Shown one piece after another: positions 10,476 to 20,153 of a stretch of 64,000 bases of DNA. The notes below the pieces were generated by a model. That model did not search any database. It was not told where the DNA came from and saw nothing but the letters and a program-made list of their open reading frames with translations. The DNA comes from an uncultured Thiothrix sp. (lineage in GTDB: Bacteria > Pseudomonadota > Gammaproteobacteria > Poriferisulfidales > GCA-002705445): the NCBI GenBank assembly GCA_902595225.1, contig CACJPG010000002.1, positions 137,675 to 201,674 on the forward strand. Reading direction: 5' to 3'. Position 1 is the stretch's first letter. Every line of letters begins with the position of its first letter. Both the position numbers and the translations under genes were made by a program.

Positions 10476-10739
10476 ATGGCAAATACTGCACAAGCTAGAA
10501 AAAGAGCACGTCAATCTGTTTCGAGAAGAGAGAGAAATATGGCGTTAAGATCAAAATTAAGAACATTTGTAAAAAATGTTGTTAAAGCAATAGATTTGAA
10601 AGACAAATCGCTAGCAACTGAAAACTATAAAAAAGCAGTACCCGTCATTGATGCCAGTGTATCAAAAGGAATCATTCATAAGAATAAAGCTGCTAGATAC
10701 AAAAGTAGACTAAATAAACAAATTTTTAATCTAAGTTAA
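10476..10739 (+). CDS. rpsT: 30S ribosomal protein S20
   Basis: 87 aa. [14 protein letters not shown]... is a canonical S20 N-terminus. Confidence 0.93.
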   Translation: MANTAQARKRARQSVSRRERNMALRSKLRTFVKNVVKAIDLKDKSLATENYKKAVPVIDASVSKGIIHKNKAARYKSRLNKQIFNLS

Positions 10740-11839
10740 GACAATATCATATTATCTCTGTGTACAACGACTTCATTGTCGAATATTTCAATTTCTTTTT
10801 TTATCTCTTTCGTTGATTTACCTATTATTTTTTTTAAGCATTCAGAATCATAATTAGAAAGACCTCTTGCAATCTCAACTTTTTTAGAATCACAAATTGC
10901 AACAACATCACCTTTTTGAAAAATTCCATCAAATGATTTTATGCCAATTGGTAAAAGACTTTTCCCCGAATTTTTGATAACTTTTTTCGCGCCCAAATCC
11001 ACAATTAATTTTCCTTTAACTTTCGAGGAATTCGCAATCCACTGTTTTTTTGATTTTATACCAGAACTTTTATTATAAATTTTTGTGCCAACATCTTTTT
11101 CATCATTAAGAATGTTTATTAAAATATCTTTTTTTCTTCCGTTAGCGATTATCGTTTGGGTATTTGATTTTGCAGCTTTTTTAGCAGCTGTAATCTTTGT
11201 TATCATTCCACCACGACCCATTGCACTTGAACTTGGCCCTGCATATTTACCTAAATTTTTATCAGATACTGATATAGATTGTATAAGCTCAGCATTTCTT
11301 TCTTTCTTAGGATCTTTATTAAATAAACCATCTTGATCCGTCAGCATAACCAACAAGTTAGCGCTACTTAAATTAGCAACTAGGGATGCTAATGTATCAT
11401 TATCCCCAAATTTTATCTCATCAGTTGAAACAGAATCATTTTCATTAATGATTGGGATTACATTTAGGCCCATTAGATTATTTAAAGTGTTTTTTGCATT
11501 TAAGTACCTTTCTCTGTTACTTAAATCTTCATGCGTGAGAAGCATTTGCGCAGTTAGAATATTATACTTTTTAAAAGCAGTTTCATATGCTTGAATTAGA
11601 CCCATTTGGCCTATCGAGGCGAGTGCTTGAAGTTCACTAGAGGAGGTAGGTCTTTTTTTAAGTCCTAGTCTATTCATGCCTTCAGCAATTGCCCCGGATG
11701 AAACTATGATTACCTTTATATTATTTTTAACAAGTTCATTTATTTGTTTGGTCCAATTTTTAATATTCTTATTATCAAGACCAGTATTCCCTTTTGTAAC
11801 TAAAGAACTTCCAATTTTTATAACCCAATTTTTTTTCAT
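10736..11839 (-). CDS. proB: glutamate 5-kinase (with C-terminal PUA domain)
   Basis: 367 aa. IKIGSSLVT kinase N-terminus, amino-acid kinase core and a PUA-like tail ([11 protein letters not shown]...GDVV). Downstream of obg. Confidence 0.93.
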   Translation of the reverse strand: MKKNWVIKIGSSLVTKGNTGLDNKNIKNWTKQINELVKNNIKVIIVSSGAIAEGMNRLGLKKRPTSSSELQALASIGQMGLIQAYETAFKKYNILTAQMLLTHEDLSNRERYLNAKNTLNNLMGLNVIPIINENDSVSTDEIKFGDNDTLASLVANLSSANLLVMLTDQDGLFNKDPKKERNAELIQSISVSDKNLGKYAGPSSSAMGRGGMITKITAAKKAAKSNTQTIIANGRKKDILINILNDEKDVGTKIYNKSSGIKSKKQWIANSSKVKGKLIVDLGAKKVIKNSGKSLLPIGIKSFDGIFQKGDVVAICDSKKVEIARGLSNYDSECLKKIIGKSTKEIKKEIEIFDNEVVVHRDNMILS

Positions 11840-11844
11840 GACAT

Positions 11845-12171
11845 TTACGTTAAAATATTAGAATCAATTGAGAAAACCATTAAAATAATTAAGAATAAAA
11901 TAATAAGAGATAAATACGTTTCCATATTCTTATTTTTTTTCTCCAACCTTAATATTTTTTCTAACAGCTCATCATTATTAATAGGCGCATAGGCCTTTTT
12001 TTCTATTTCATTATTAATAGAAATCATTTTTTTATTTTTTAAATCTGGGTCTTTTGAATTACTATGCGATCGATTATGACTTTTTATTTTCTCATTTACT
12101 GAGGTAACCTTAATATTGAGGCTATCAAGTGCATTTTCTAATTCTTTAATTTTCTTCGTATTTAAAGTCAT
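11845..12171 (-). CDS. hypothetical tail-anchored coiled-coil protein
   Basis: 108 aa. Lys/Asn/Glu-rich helical N-part and a single C-terminal hydrophobic span (YLSLIILFLIILMVFSI). 5 nt upstream of proB. No family recognised. Confidence 0.55.
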   Translation of the reverse strand: MTLNTKKIKELENALDSLNIKVTSVNEKIKSHNRSHSNSKDPDLKNKKMISINNEIEKKAYAPINNDELLEKILRLEKKNKNMETYLSLIILFLIILMVFSIDSNILT

Positions 12172-12213
12172 AATTTTTATAATTAAAATTTGTTGATGGA
12201 AATTAATAAACCA

Positions 12214-13224
<1,011 letters not shown>

Positions 13225-13302
13225 TTAACCTCATTCATAACGAATGTTCAATTTTAAATAATATAAGATTTTATATAAGATTTTTGGGAAAGACTAAAAA
13301 AT

Positions 13303-13560
13303 TTATAAAGAAATTATACTTACAAATTTTTTATTTTTCGGCCCTTTGATTGAAAATTTCACATGTCCATCAGATTTTGCAAAAAGAGTGTGATCTTTAC
13401 CGCAGCCAACATTATCGCCTGGATGAATCTTTGTGCCTCGTTGCCTGACAATTATATTACCGGCCTTGACAAGCTCACCACCATATTTTTTAACACCAAG
13501 CCTTTTTGATTCTGAATCTCTGCCGTTTCTTGTGCTTCCACCAGCTTTCTTGTGAGCCAT
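13303..13560 (-). CDS. rpmA: 50S ribosomal protein L27
   Basis: 85 aa. [24 protein letters not shown] is the canonical L27 N-terminus. Confidence 0.95.
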   Translation of the reverse strand: MAHKKAGGSTRNGRDSESKRLGVKKYGGELVKAGNIIVRQRGTKIHPGDNVGCGKDHTLFAKSDGHVKFSIKGPKNKKFVSIISL

Positions 13561-13877
13561 TATTTACCCTCTGCAATTTTTGTGATTTCAACATTTGTAA
13601 AGCTTTGACGATGCCCAGCTTGTTTTTTAAAGTGCTTTCTTCTGTTGAATTTAATAATACTTATTTTTTCATCTCGACCTTGTGCTTTTACAACGCCTTC
13701 GATCTTGCCTTTTTCAAGAAAAGGTTTACCTATACTAACTTTACCCTTATCTGAAATCAAAAGAACTTTGTCAAAAAGGACTTTATCACCCTCTTTTTTG
13801 TCAAGTTTTTCAATTCTAATTGTATCACCTTTGGAAACTCTATATTGTTTTCCACCTGTGCTGATTACTGCATACAT
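13560..13877 (-). CDS. rplU: 50S ribosomal protein L21
   Basis: 105 aa. [14 protein letters not shown] is the canonical L21 N-terminus. 1-nt overlap with rpmA. Confidence 0.95.
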   Translation of the reverse strand: MYAVISTGGKQYRVSKGDTIRIEKLDKKEGDKVLFDKVLLISDKGKVSIGKPFLEKGKIEGVVKAQGRDEKISIIKFNRRKHFKKQAGHRQSFTNVEITKIAEGK

Positions 13878-14023
13878 AATAATTTAGTAAAGTTTAGTTT
13901 TGTTTAGGCCAAGTATTCTACATTCATGCTAAATTGAGGTCAACGTATAGTTAAGAACATAATGGGATTTTACTATATAATTCAAAATCTAAGGGGATTT
14001 AAGCAAAAATTCGAGGAAGATAC

Positions 14024-14995
14024 ATGGATTACAATACTATAAACGATAGTATGCAAGAGGAAATTGAGGATATTAAGGCATGTATCGAGAAATATTTAGA
14101 ATCAGATATTGCTCTAATTGAGAAAGTTTCCAAATACATCATAGATGCGCCATCAAAAAAAATTAGACCGATTTTGGTTGCGATTATTGGCAAAGCTTTA
14201 AATCTAGACAAGGAAAAGTCATATAAATTGGCCGTAATTATAGAATTCATTCACACCGCTACTTTACTTCATGACGACGTAGTTGATTTATCGGGCAAGA
14301 GAAGAGGAAAGGACACGGTCAACAAAGTGTGGGGAAACGAGGCAAGCGTATTGGTCGGCGATTTTTTGTATTCAAGATCTTTTGAAATAATGGTTGAGCT
14401 TGATGATATGGAAGTTATGAAAATCTTAGCACATGCCACTAACACCATTGCAAAGGGTGAAGTCTTGCAATTAACATGCGTAGACCAAGTCGAAACAAAT
14501 ATTGAAGAATATTTAAGAGTGATTCAATATAAAACCGCCACACTCTTCGAGGCCTTATGTGAGTGCACTGCTGTTTTGGCAGATTGTGATTTTGAAACTA
14601 GAAAAAATTTAGCAATGTATGGAAGGAATATTGGCCTGGCATTTCAAATTTCTGATGATGTATTAGATTACGCAGCAGAATCAAACGAACAAATTGGCAA
14701 AAATATCGGAGACGACTTAAGTGGTGGAAAAATCACACTTCCTTTTATTTACGCTTTTCAAAACTGTTCGGATTCAAAAAAAGACATCCTAAAAGATATA
14801 ATACAGAAGAGAAAAATAGAAGATTTTTTGATATTGAAGGATATTATTTTTGAAACAAATGCTTTGGAAATGACTCAAAATAAAGCAATAGAATATGTAA
14901 ACTTAGCAAAAGAAAATGTTAAGGTTATTGAAAATACCGAAGTAGCAAATCTCTTAACTTTCTTGGCAGATTTTTCGATAAAAAGAAAAAGGTAA
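14024..14995 (+). CDS. ispB: octaprenyl-diphosphate synthase (trans-polyprenyl diphosphate synthase)
   Basis: 323 aa. First DDxxD motif (LLHDDVVD) and second (QISDDVLD). Divergent from rplU-rpmA as in E. coli and Pseudomonas. Confidence 0.9.
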   Translation: MDYNTINDSMQEEIEDIKACIEKYLESDIALIEKVSKYIIDAPSKKIRPILVAIIGKALNLDKEKSYKLAVIIEFIHTATLLHDDVVDLSGKRRGKDTVNKVWGNEASVLVGDFLYSRSFEIMVELDDMEVMKILAHATNTIAKGEVLQLTCVDQVETNIEEYLRVIQYKTATLFEALCECTAVLADCDFETRKNLAMYGRNIGLAFQISDDVLDYAAESNEQIGKNIGDDLSGGKITLPFIYAFQNCSDSKKDILKDIIQKRKIEDFLILKDIIFETNALEMTQNKAIEYVNLAKENVKVIENTEVANLLTFLADFSIKRKR

Positions 14996-15262
14996 TTATT
15001 CTTTTGCTTTCTCTTCAGCAGGAGCCTCAGCCTTCTCTTCAGCAGGAGCCTCAGCCTTCTCTTCAACTTTTTCTTCAGCAGGAGCTTCAGCTTTCTCTTC
15101 AACAGGTTTTTTACGAGGAGAAAGTTTAATAAGCTTTTCTTCTAATAAGATTTTTTCTTTATCTTTGTCTGAAATGTACTTTTTGTCTTTATCCTTTACA
15201 GCGTATCTACCAGACTTCTTTTTATAAATCGTGTAGTTATCTGTTTTTTTGACTAATTCCAT
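14996..15262 (-). CDS. hypothetical Lys/Glu-rich protein with EEKAEAPA repeats
   Basis: 88 aa. Basic N-terminal half (TIYKKKSGRYAVKDKDKKYI) and acidic/Ala-Pro repeat tail. No Cys. The ATG directly abuts the ACR3 stop with 0-nt gap, and AAGGA lies about 9 nt upstream. Confidence 0.65.
   Translation of the reverse strand: MELVKKTDNYTIYKKKSGRYAVKDKDKKYISDKDKEKILLEEKLIKLSPRKKPVEEKAEAPAEEKVEEKAEAPAEEKAEAPAEEKAKE
15007..15103. repeat. in-frame 24-nt tandem repeat (about 4 units, two adjacent copies differ at one base)
   Basis: CTTTCTCTTCAGCAGGAGCCTCAG / CCTTCTCTTCAGCAGGAGCCTCAG / partial unit / CTTTTTCTTCAGCAGGAGCTTCAG. On the minus strand it encodes (EEKAEAPA)n. Confidence 0.85.
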
Positions 15263-16282
15263 CTATGTTTCCTTAAAAAAATGCTTTGTTTTTTTTGCGT
15301 AATTTACCAATATCAGCATTATTGGGACCTCAACTAGTACTCCTACAACAGTAGCGAGCGCTGCCCCAGAGTCTAATCCAAATAGACTTATCGCAACTGC
15401 TACAGCTAGTTCAAAAAAATTAGATGTTCCAATTAGCGCCGCTGGTGCAGCTATATTATAAGGAATTGATAGTTTAAATGCTAGAAAATAAGTAACTACA
15501 AAAATACCAATGGTTTGAATTATTAGTGGGATAGATATCAATAGGATCACAAAAGGTTTGTCATTAATTTTATCTGCCTGAAGACCAAATAAAATAATTA
15601 CTGTAACTAGTAATCCCATGATAGAAAGTGGTTTTAAGTTTTCAGTAAGTTTATTTATTTTATCTTCTTTATTTTCTAAAAAGATATACCTAGTTATCAT
15701 TGCTATAAACAAGGGAATAATAATATATAAAACAACAGAACCAATTAAAGTATCCCAAGGAATTGTTATACCAGTAATACCTAATAGTAATTTTGTAATT
15801 ATTGGAAAGGCTAGAATTAAAATTAAGTCGTTAATTGAAACTTGAAGTAAAGTATAGTTTGGATTTCCATTCACAAGTTTTGACCAGATGAAAACCATTG
15901 CGGTACAAGGGGCAACACCCAGCAAAATCATTCCTGCAATATAACTGTTTGCATCTTCAGTCGATACATAGTCATTAAAAATATAATGAAAAAAAAGGAT
16001 ACTTATACCCGCCATACTAAAAGGCTTTATAATCCAGTTCATAAATATTGTTAAGTAAAGTCCATTTGGATTTTCCCAAACGTTTCTTATGCATTTAAAA
16101 TCAATGCTAAGCATCATTGGGTAAATCATAATCCAAATGAGTATGGCTATAACTAAATTGATATTTGCATAATTAAGATCAGCAATACTTATAAAGTATT
16201 TTTTAAAGTTATTACCAAGAAATAATCCAAATATTATTGATATGCCTACCCAAACACTTAGATATTTTTCAAAAATTTGCAT
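15263..16282 (-). CDS. acr3: arsenite efflux permease, ACR3 family
   Basis: 339 aa with about 10 TM spans. Contains the ACR3-diagnostic Cys context (GVAPCTAMVFIW) and Glu context (SNFFELAVAVAISLFG). Confidence 0.85.
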   Translation of the reverse strand: MQIFEKYLSVWVGISIIFGLFLGNNFKKYFISIADLNYANINLVIAILIWIMIYPMMLSIDFKCIRNVWENPNGLYLTIFMNWIIKPFSMAGISILFFHYIFNDYVSTEDANSYIAGMILLGVAPCTAMVFIWSKLVNGNPNYTLLQVSINDLILILAFPIITKLLLGITGITIPWDTLIGSVVLYIIIPLFIAMITRYIFLENKEDKINKLTENLKPLSIMGLLVTVIILFGLQADKINDKPFVILLISIPLIIQTIGIFVVTYFLAFKLSIPYNIAAPAALIGTSNFFELAVAVAISLFGLDSGAALATVVGVLVEVPIMLILVNYAKKTKHFFKET

Positions 16283-16321
16283 ATTGATAAGATTCCTATT
16301 TTTTTATTATACATAGAAAGT

Positions 16322-16339
16322 GGGGTGAATAATCACCCC
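16322..16339 (-). terminator. possible terminator hairpin after pstS
   Basis: GGGGTGA-TTAT-TCACCCC on the minus strand, followed only by a weak ACTTTCT tract. A TATAAT (16306-16311, minus strand) follows and could serve acr3. Confidence 0.35.
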
Positions 16340-16373
16340 GTCTACCAAGACTATAAATACAAAAGTATCGTAT

Positions 16374-17432
16374 CTATTTAATTTTTGATGGAGATATATC
16401 CCCTACAATGTAAGTAAAATCTTTTACTTTGGGATTTATGATATTACGTTCCTCAGCAGGCATAGGTATTAAACCCTTTTCTGATAAATATCCATCCTCC
16501 CCCGAGGCTGAATCACTTAAAAACATTTCAACATACTCTTTCATTCCAGGAATAACATTTAAATGTGCATTTTTCGCATAAAAGAATAATGGTCTAGATA
16601 TTGGATATTTCCCTGAAGCAATATTTTCAAAATCAGGTGAGATATTATTTATTATTGCGCCTTGGATTTTGTCTGTATTTTGATCTAAAAAGCTAAAACC
16701 AAATATTGCTAAAGCATTTGGATTTGAAACTAATTTTTGAACCATTAAATTATCATTTTCGCCAGCTTCTATAAAATGCCCATCTTCTCTCACAGTGTGA
16801 CACTTTGCTTTATATTCGCTTTTATTCTTCTTTTTTAGAGCTTTAATCCATTCAATTTTTTTACAACCTCCTTTTTCTAATGCTAGTTCTGAAAAAGCAT
16901 CTCTTGTACCAGAAGTTGGTGGAGGCCCTAGTACTTCAATTTTCATGTTCGGGAGATCTGAATTTACATCCTGCCATGTTTTGTGTGGATTCTTTATAAA
17001 AGTTTCAGATCCATCTGGATTAGGTATTTCTGCTGCTAAGCCAAGGTAGATATCCATTGTGGAAATTGTAAATGGCTTTGCAGAGTTTGAATTCGCAATA
17101 ACAATTCCATCATAACCAACTTTCACTTCAGTGATATCGCCAACGCCATTCTCTCTGCATCTTTGTATTTCATTTTTTTTAATAGCTCTTGATGTATTTG
17201 TAAAATCTGGATGTTGTGTTCCGACACCTGCGCAAAATAGTTTCAAACCACCACCTGAACCTGTTGATTCAATTTTTGGTGTTTTAAAATCTGTAGTTTT
17301 TCCAAATTTTTCGGCCACAACAATAGCAAATGGATAAACTGTAGATGAGCCCACAATATTTATCTGATCTCTAGCGTGTGCTGCTGACATGAAAGTAATG
17401 ATTATTACCAAACCCAACATCTTATTTAACAT
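16374..17432 (-). CDS. pstS: phosphate ABC transporter substrate-binding protein, PstS family (orphan, no pstCAB adjacent)
   Basis: 352 aa. Signal peptide, then INIVGSSTVYPFA, TGSGGG and PTSGTRD motifs typical of PstS-type phosphate binders. Confidence 0.85.
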   Translation of the reverse strand: MLNKMLGLVIIITFMSAAHARDQINIVGSSTVYPFAIVVAEKFGKTTDFKTPKIESTGSGGGLKLFCAGVGTQHPDFTNTSRAIKKNEIQRCRENGVGDITEVKVGYDGIVIANSNSAKPFTISTMDIYLGLAAEIPNPDGSETFIKNPHKTWQDVNSDLPNMKIEVLGPPPTSGTRDAFSELALEKGGCKKIEWIKALKKKNKSEYKAKCHTVREDGHFIEAGENDNLMVQKLVSNPNALAIFGFSFLDQNTDKIQGAIINNISPDFENIASGKYPISRPLFFYAKNAHLNVIPGMKEYVEMFLSDSASGEDGYLSEKGLIPMPAEERNIINPKVKDFTYIVGDISPSKIK

Positions 17433-17473
17433 TTTAAGTCTCCATAATAAATTATTTGTGCGATAGGAAATAT

Positions 17474-17491
17474 CTCACAAAAATATGACAG
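17474..17491 (-). promoter_or_regulatory. candidate Pho box upstream of pstS
   Basis: Minus strand reads CTGTCAT-ATTT-TTGTGAG. The first heptamer is a perfect match to the E. coli CTGTCAT consensus and the second is weak. It lies about 40 nt upstream of the pstS ATG. Confidence 0.3.
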
Positions 17492-17520
17492 ATTTATTAA
17501 ATAGAGTAATTGTAATAAAA

Positions 17521-17538
17521 CTTTCATAAAAGATTAAG
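17521..17538 (+). promoter_or_regulatory. weak candidate Pho box upstream of the phosphate porin
   Basis: CTTTCAT-AAAA-GATTAAG. The first heptamer matches 6/7 and the second is poor. TAATAA and TAATAT -10-like hexamers lie downstream. Confidence 0.2.
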
Positions 17539-17600
17539 ATTCGCGTAATAAAAAAGTTCTAATATTCGAGGCATTAAAATTATGAAATCAGGAGAAAAAA

Positions 17601-18944
17601 ATGAAACTAAAATTGCTAGTCCCAGTAATACTTTCTATTTTAATTGTAAATCCCTCGTATTCAGTTTCTGAGCAGGAATTTAATGAAATGAAGGAATTAC
17701 TACAAAACGCCCTAATTAAGATTAATGCTTTAGAGCAAGCTCAAAAGCAAAATTTATCGAATAGTAAAAGTAATGTGATCACAAAAGCAGATAAATTATC
17801 CATTAATACATCTGGAGGTGGTATTAAAATAAAATCTGGAGATCAAAAATTTGCTATCGGCGGTCGTTTGATGATGGATTACGATAATATGGACTCGGGT
17901 CACCAAACTGAAAATAAATCATTTTCAGATATGGAATGGCGAAGAACCAGAGTCAATATTAAAGGTTCTGTAAATAAACACTGGTCTTATAAGGCTACAT
18001 GGGATTTTCTTTCTGAAGGAGATAAAGCAAATCTCGATGAAGGTTATTTAAAATATGATACCACAAAAGGATTTTACGTAACTTTTGGTAAAACCAAAGC
18101 CGACATGATGCTTGAACAAAGAACTTCATCAAAATGGATCTCAACAATTGAAAGAGGTCTTTTAAATGCGATGAATGAAAAAGTTAACTACTTAGTTGGT
18201 AAACCAGGAGATGGCGCTGGTATCAAATTAGGTTTTTATAATAAAGAAAATCGTTTATCCGGCGCTTTGTCAGTATACGATGCTTATAAAGATGACACTG
18301 ACGACGACAATGATATGATCTGGCACACCACGGCTAGATTAAATTATTCACCAAAAATAGGTAATGACTTTGCTCATTTTGGTGTGTCTTATGGATTAGC
18401 TGACTATAAAGGAGAAGCTGCTAACGCTGAACTTCAAATTGGTATTCACCAAGGTGATAAAACTATGTTAGCAGATGCTGCCGCAGGGGATATAACAACA
18501 TGGGGTGTTGAAGCAGCTTATGTAAGCGGGCCATTTTCTTTACAAGCAGAGTACTTTGATAATGATACAGAGCTAGTTAATGGTTCAAAAGGTTATGAAT
18601 GGGATGGTTTTTATGGTCAGCTTTCTTATGTGGTAACTGGTGAAACTAGAGGCTATAAATGGAAAGGTGCAATATTTGACAAGATTAATCCAAAAGGAAA
18701 AATGGGCGCTGTTGAATTTGTACTTCGTTATGAGGATATCTCAATTGACGATGCTGACGAAGGAACGGTTGCTGCAAGTGAAGTTGACGTTGACAGAACA
18801 GTTGTTGGAGTGAACTGGTATGTTACGAAAACAGTTAAATTTATGGCTAATTACTCAAGCGTAAGCATGGATAATCAAGCAAATCCTGGTGGTACTACTG
18901 AGGATTTAGACAGTGTCCAGCTTAGAGCTCAATACGCATTTTAA
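17601..18944 (+). CDS. phosphate-selective porin O/P family outer-membrane protein
   Basis: 447 aa. Signal peptide, N-terminal coiled-coil, WRRTRVNIKG motif resembling the Porin_O_P RRxR motif, alternating beta-strand pattern, C-terminal ...LRAQYAF. AGGAG SD. Divergent from pstS. Confidence 0.75.
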   Translation: MKLKLLVPVILSILIVNPSYSVSEQEFNEMKELLQNALIKINALEQAQKQNLSNSKSNVITKADKLSINTSGGGIKIKSGDQKFAIGGRLMMDYDNMDSGHQTENKSFSDMEWRRTRVNIKGSVNKHWSYKATWDFLSEGDKANLDEGYLKYDTTKGFYVTFGKTKADMMLEQRTSSKWISTIERGLLNAMNEKVNYLVGKPGDGAGIKLGFYNKENRLSGALSVYDAYKDDTDDDNDMIWHTTARLNYSPKIGNDFAHFGVSYGLADYKGEAANAELQIGIHQGDKTMLADAAAGDITTWGVEAAYVSGPFSLQAEYFDNDTELVNGSKGYEWDGFYGQLSYVVTGETRGYKWKGAIFDKINPKGKMGAVEFVLRYEDISIDDADEGTVAASEVDVDRTVVGVNWYVTKTVKFMANYSSVSMDNQANPGGTTEDLDSVQLRAQYAF

Positions 18945-18966
18945 TTCATTATCTCCTAATGAGATT

Positions 18967-18999
18967 AAACCTACTATCTTTGATAGTAGGTTTTTTTTT
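18967..18999 (+). terminator. rho-independent terminator of the porin gene
   Basis: AAACCTACTATC-TTT-GATAGTAGGTTT followed by a run of T to 18999. Confidence 0.8.
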
Positions 19000-19034
19000 G
19001 GGAAATTATCTTCTGTAAAATATATAATTATAGA

Positions 19035-19658
19035 ATGGTTGATTTTGATAACAGTATTTTCAAAAAGCTTTGTGTAGTTTCAGCCCCCTCTGGCGCAGGA
19101 AAAACAAGTTTAATTAAAAAGATACTTAAGGATAAAAATATTTCTGTCTGTATTTCTGATACTTCTCGTAAACCTAGAGTAGGGGAAGCGAATGGTATAG
19201 ATTATAATTTTATATCCTCGGACGAGTTCCAAGATAAAATTAAAAACGAGAAGTATTTAGAACATGCGATGGTTCATGGTAACTTTTACGGGACTCTAAT
19301 TGATTCAGTAGTTAAATTACTTGAAGACGATATAATTGTTATCCTAGAAATTGACTTTCAAGGTGCAGAAATAATTAAGAAAAAATTTCCTTTATCTAGA
19401 AGTATATTTATTCTTCCTCCTTCATTTGAAATTCTTGAGAAAAGACTGCGTGAAAGAGGTACAGATGAAGAGGAAATAATTATCGAACGACTTGAAAACG
19501 CTAAAATTGAGTTAAGTAAAGCAAAAAACTATGATTACATCATTGTAAATGATGATTTTGCCGAGGCGGAGAAAAAACTTCACTCATTCTGCATGGATAA
19601 AGATTTGTTATTTGACGACAAAATAAGGAAAGAACCTTTGATACATTTTGACTTTTAA
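19035..19658 (+). CDS. gmk: guanylate kinase
   Basis: 207 aa. P-loop [11 protein letters not shown]. Followed by rpoZ-spoT, the classic spo operon order. Confidence 0.93.
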   Translation: MVDFDNSIFKKLCVVSAPSGAGKTSLIKKILKDKNISVCISDTSRKPRVGEANGIDYNFISSDEFQDKIKNEKYLEHAMVHGNFYGTLIDSVVKLLEDDIIVILEIDFQGAEIIKKKFPLSRSIFILPPSFEILEKRLRERGTDEEEIIIERLENAKIELSKAKNYDYIIVNDDFAEAEKKLHSFCMDKDLLFDDKIRKEPLIHFDF

Positions 19659-19702
19659 AGTACTATTTACTTAGTAACTTATTTATTTATATAGGATTAA
19701 TT

Positions 19703-20137
19703 ATGGCTAGGATCACGGTAGAAGATTGTTTAGAGCAAGTTGAAAATAGATTTCACTTAGTGCGAGTAGCGAGTAAAAGAGCTCGCCAGATAATGAATGG
19801 TAAAGAGCCAACTCTTGAGTGGGACAATGATAAGGCTACAGTTCTTGCTTTGCGTGAAATAGCTGCTGGTAATATAACTGAGGAAATGCTTGAGGAAAAA
19901 CCAGTCATAAACGAAGACGAAGGTATATTTGACCAATCTGAAATTGATGAAGAAATTGGTACTTTGCTTAGAGAAAATGACTCTGAAACTGAAAGCACAG
20001 AGGAGTTAAATGCTTCTGATTCTTCAAATGAGGAAAACACAGAGGAGTTAAATGCTTCTGATTCTTCAAATGAGGAAAGCACAGAGGGAGAAATTTCTGA
20101 TGAAAATGTTAATGCTCCTCAGGAAGAATCAACTTAA
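19703..20137 (+). CDS. rpoZ: RNA polymerase omega subunit with about 65-aa acidic C-terminal extension
   Basis: The N-terminal 75 aa or so ([10 protein letters not shown]...[16 protein letters not shown]...ALREIAAG) are canonical RpoZ. The remainder is a Glu/Asp/Ser-rich tail containing a 14-aa duplication. Confidence 0.9.
   Translation: MARITVEDCLEQVENRFHLVRVASKRARQIMNGKEPTLEWDNDKATVLALREIAAGNITEEMLEEKPVINEDEGIFDQSEIDEEIGTLLRENDSETESTEELNASDSSNEENTEELNASDSSNEESTEGEISDENVNAPQEEST
19996..20089 (+). repeat. 42-bp in-frame tandem duplication (2 full copies, 41/42 identical, plus about 10 nt of a third)
   Basis: Copy 1 is 19996-20037 and copy 2 is 20038-20079: CACAGAGGAGTTAAATGCTTCTGATTCTTCAAATGAGGAAA(A/G). 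It encodes [13 protein letters not shown](N/S) twice. Confidence 0.9.
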
Positions 20138-20153
20138 TTTTTGATAGTATGGC

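Noticed and set aside
14875-15102. 75-aa ORF reading KRRLRLLLKRRLRLLLK
   Set aside because: It is an alternative-frame reading of the 24-nt tandem repeat and overlaps the ispB 3' end. The EEKAEAPA frame has the proper SD and coupling to acr3.
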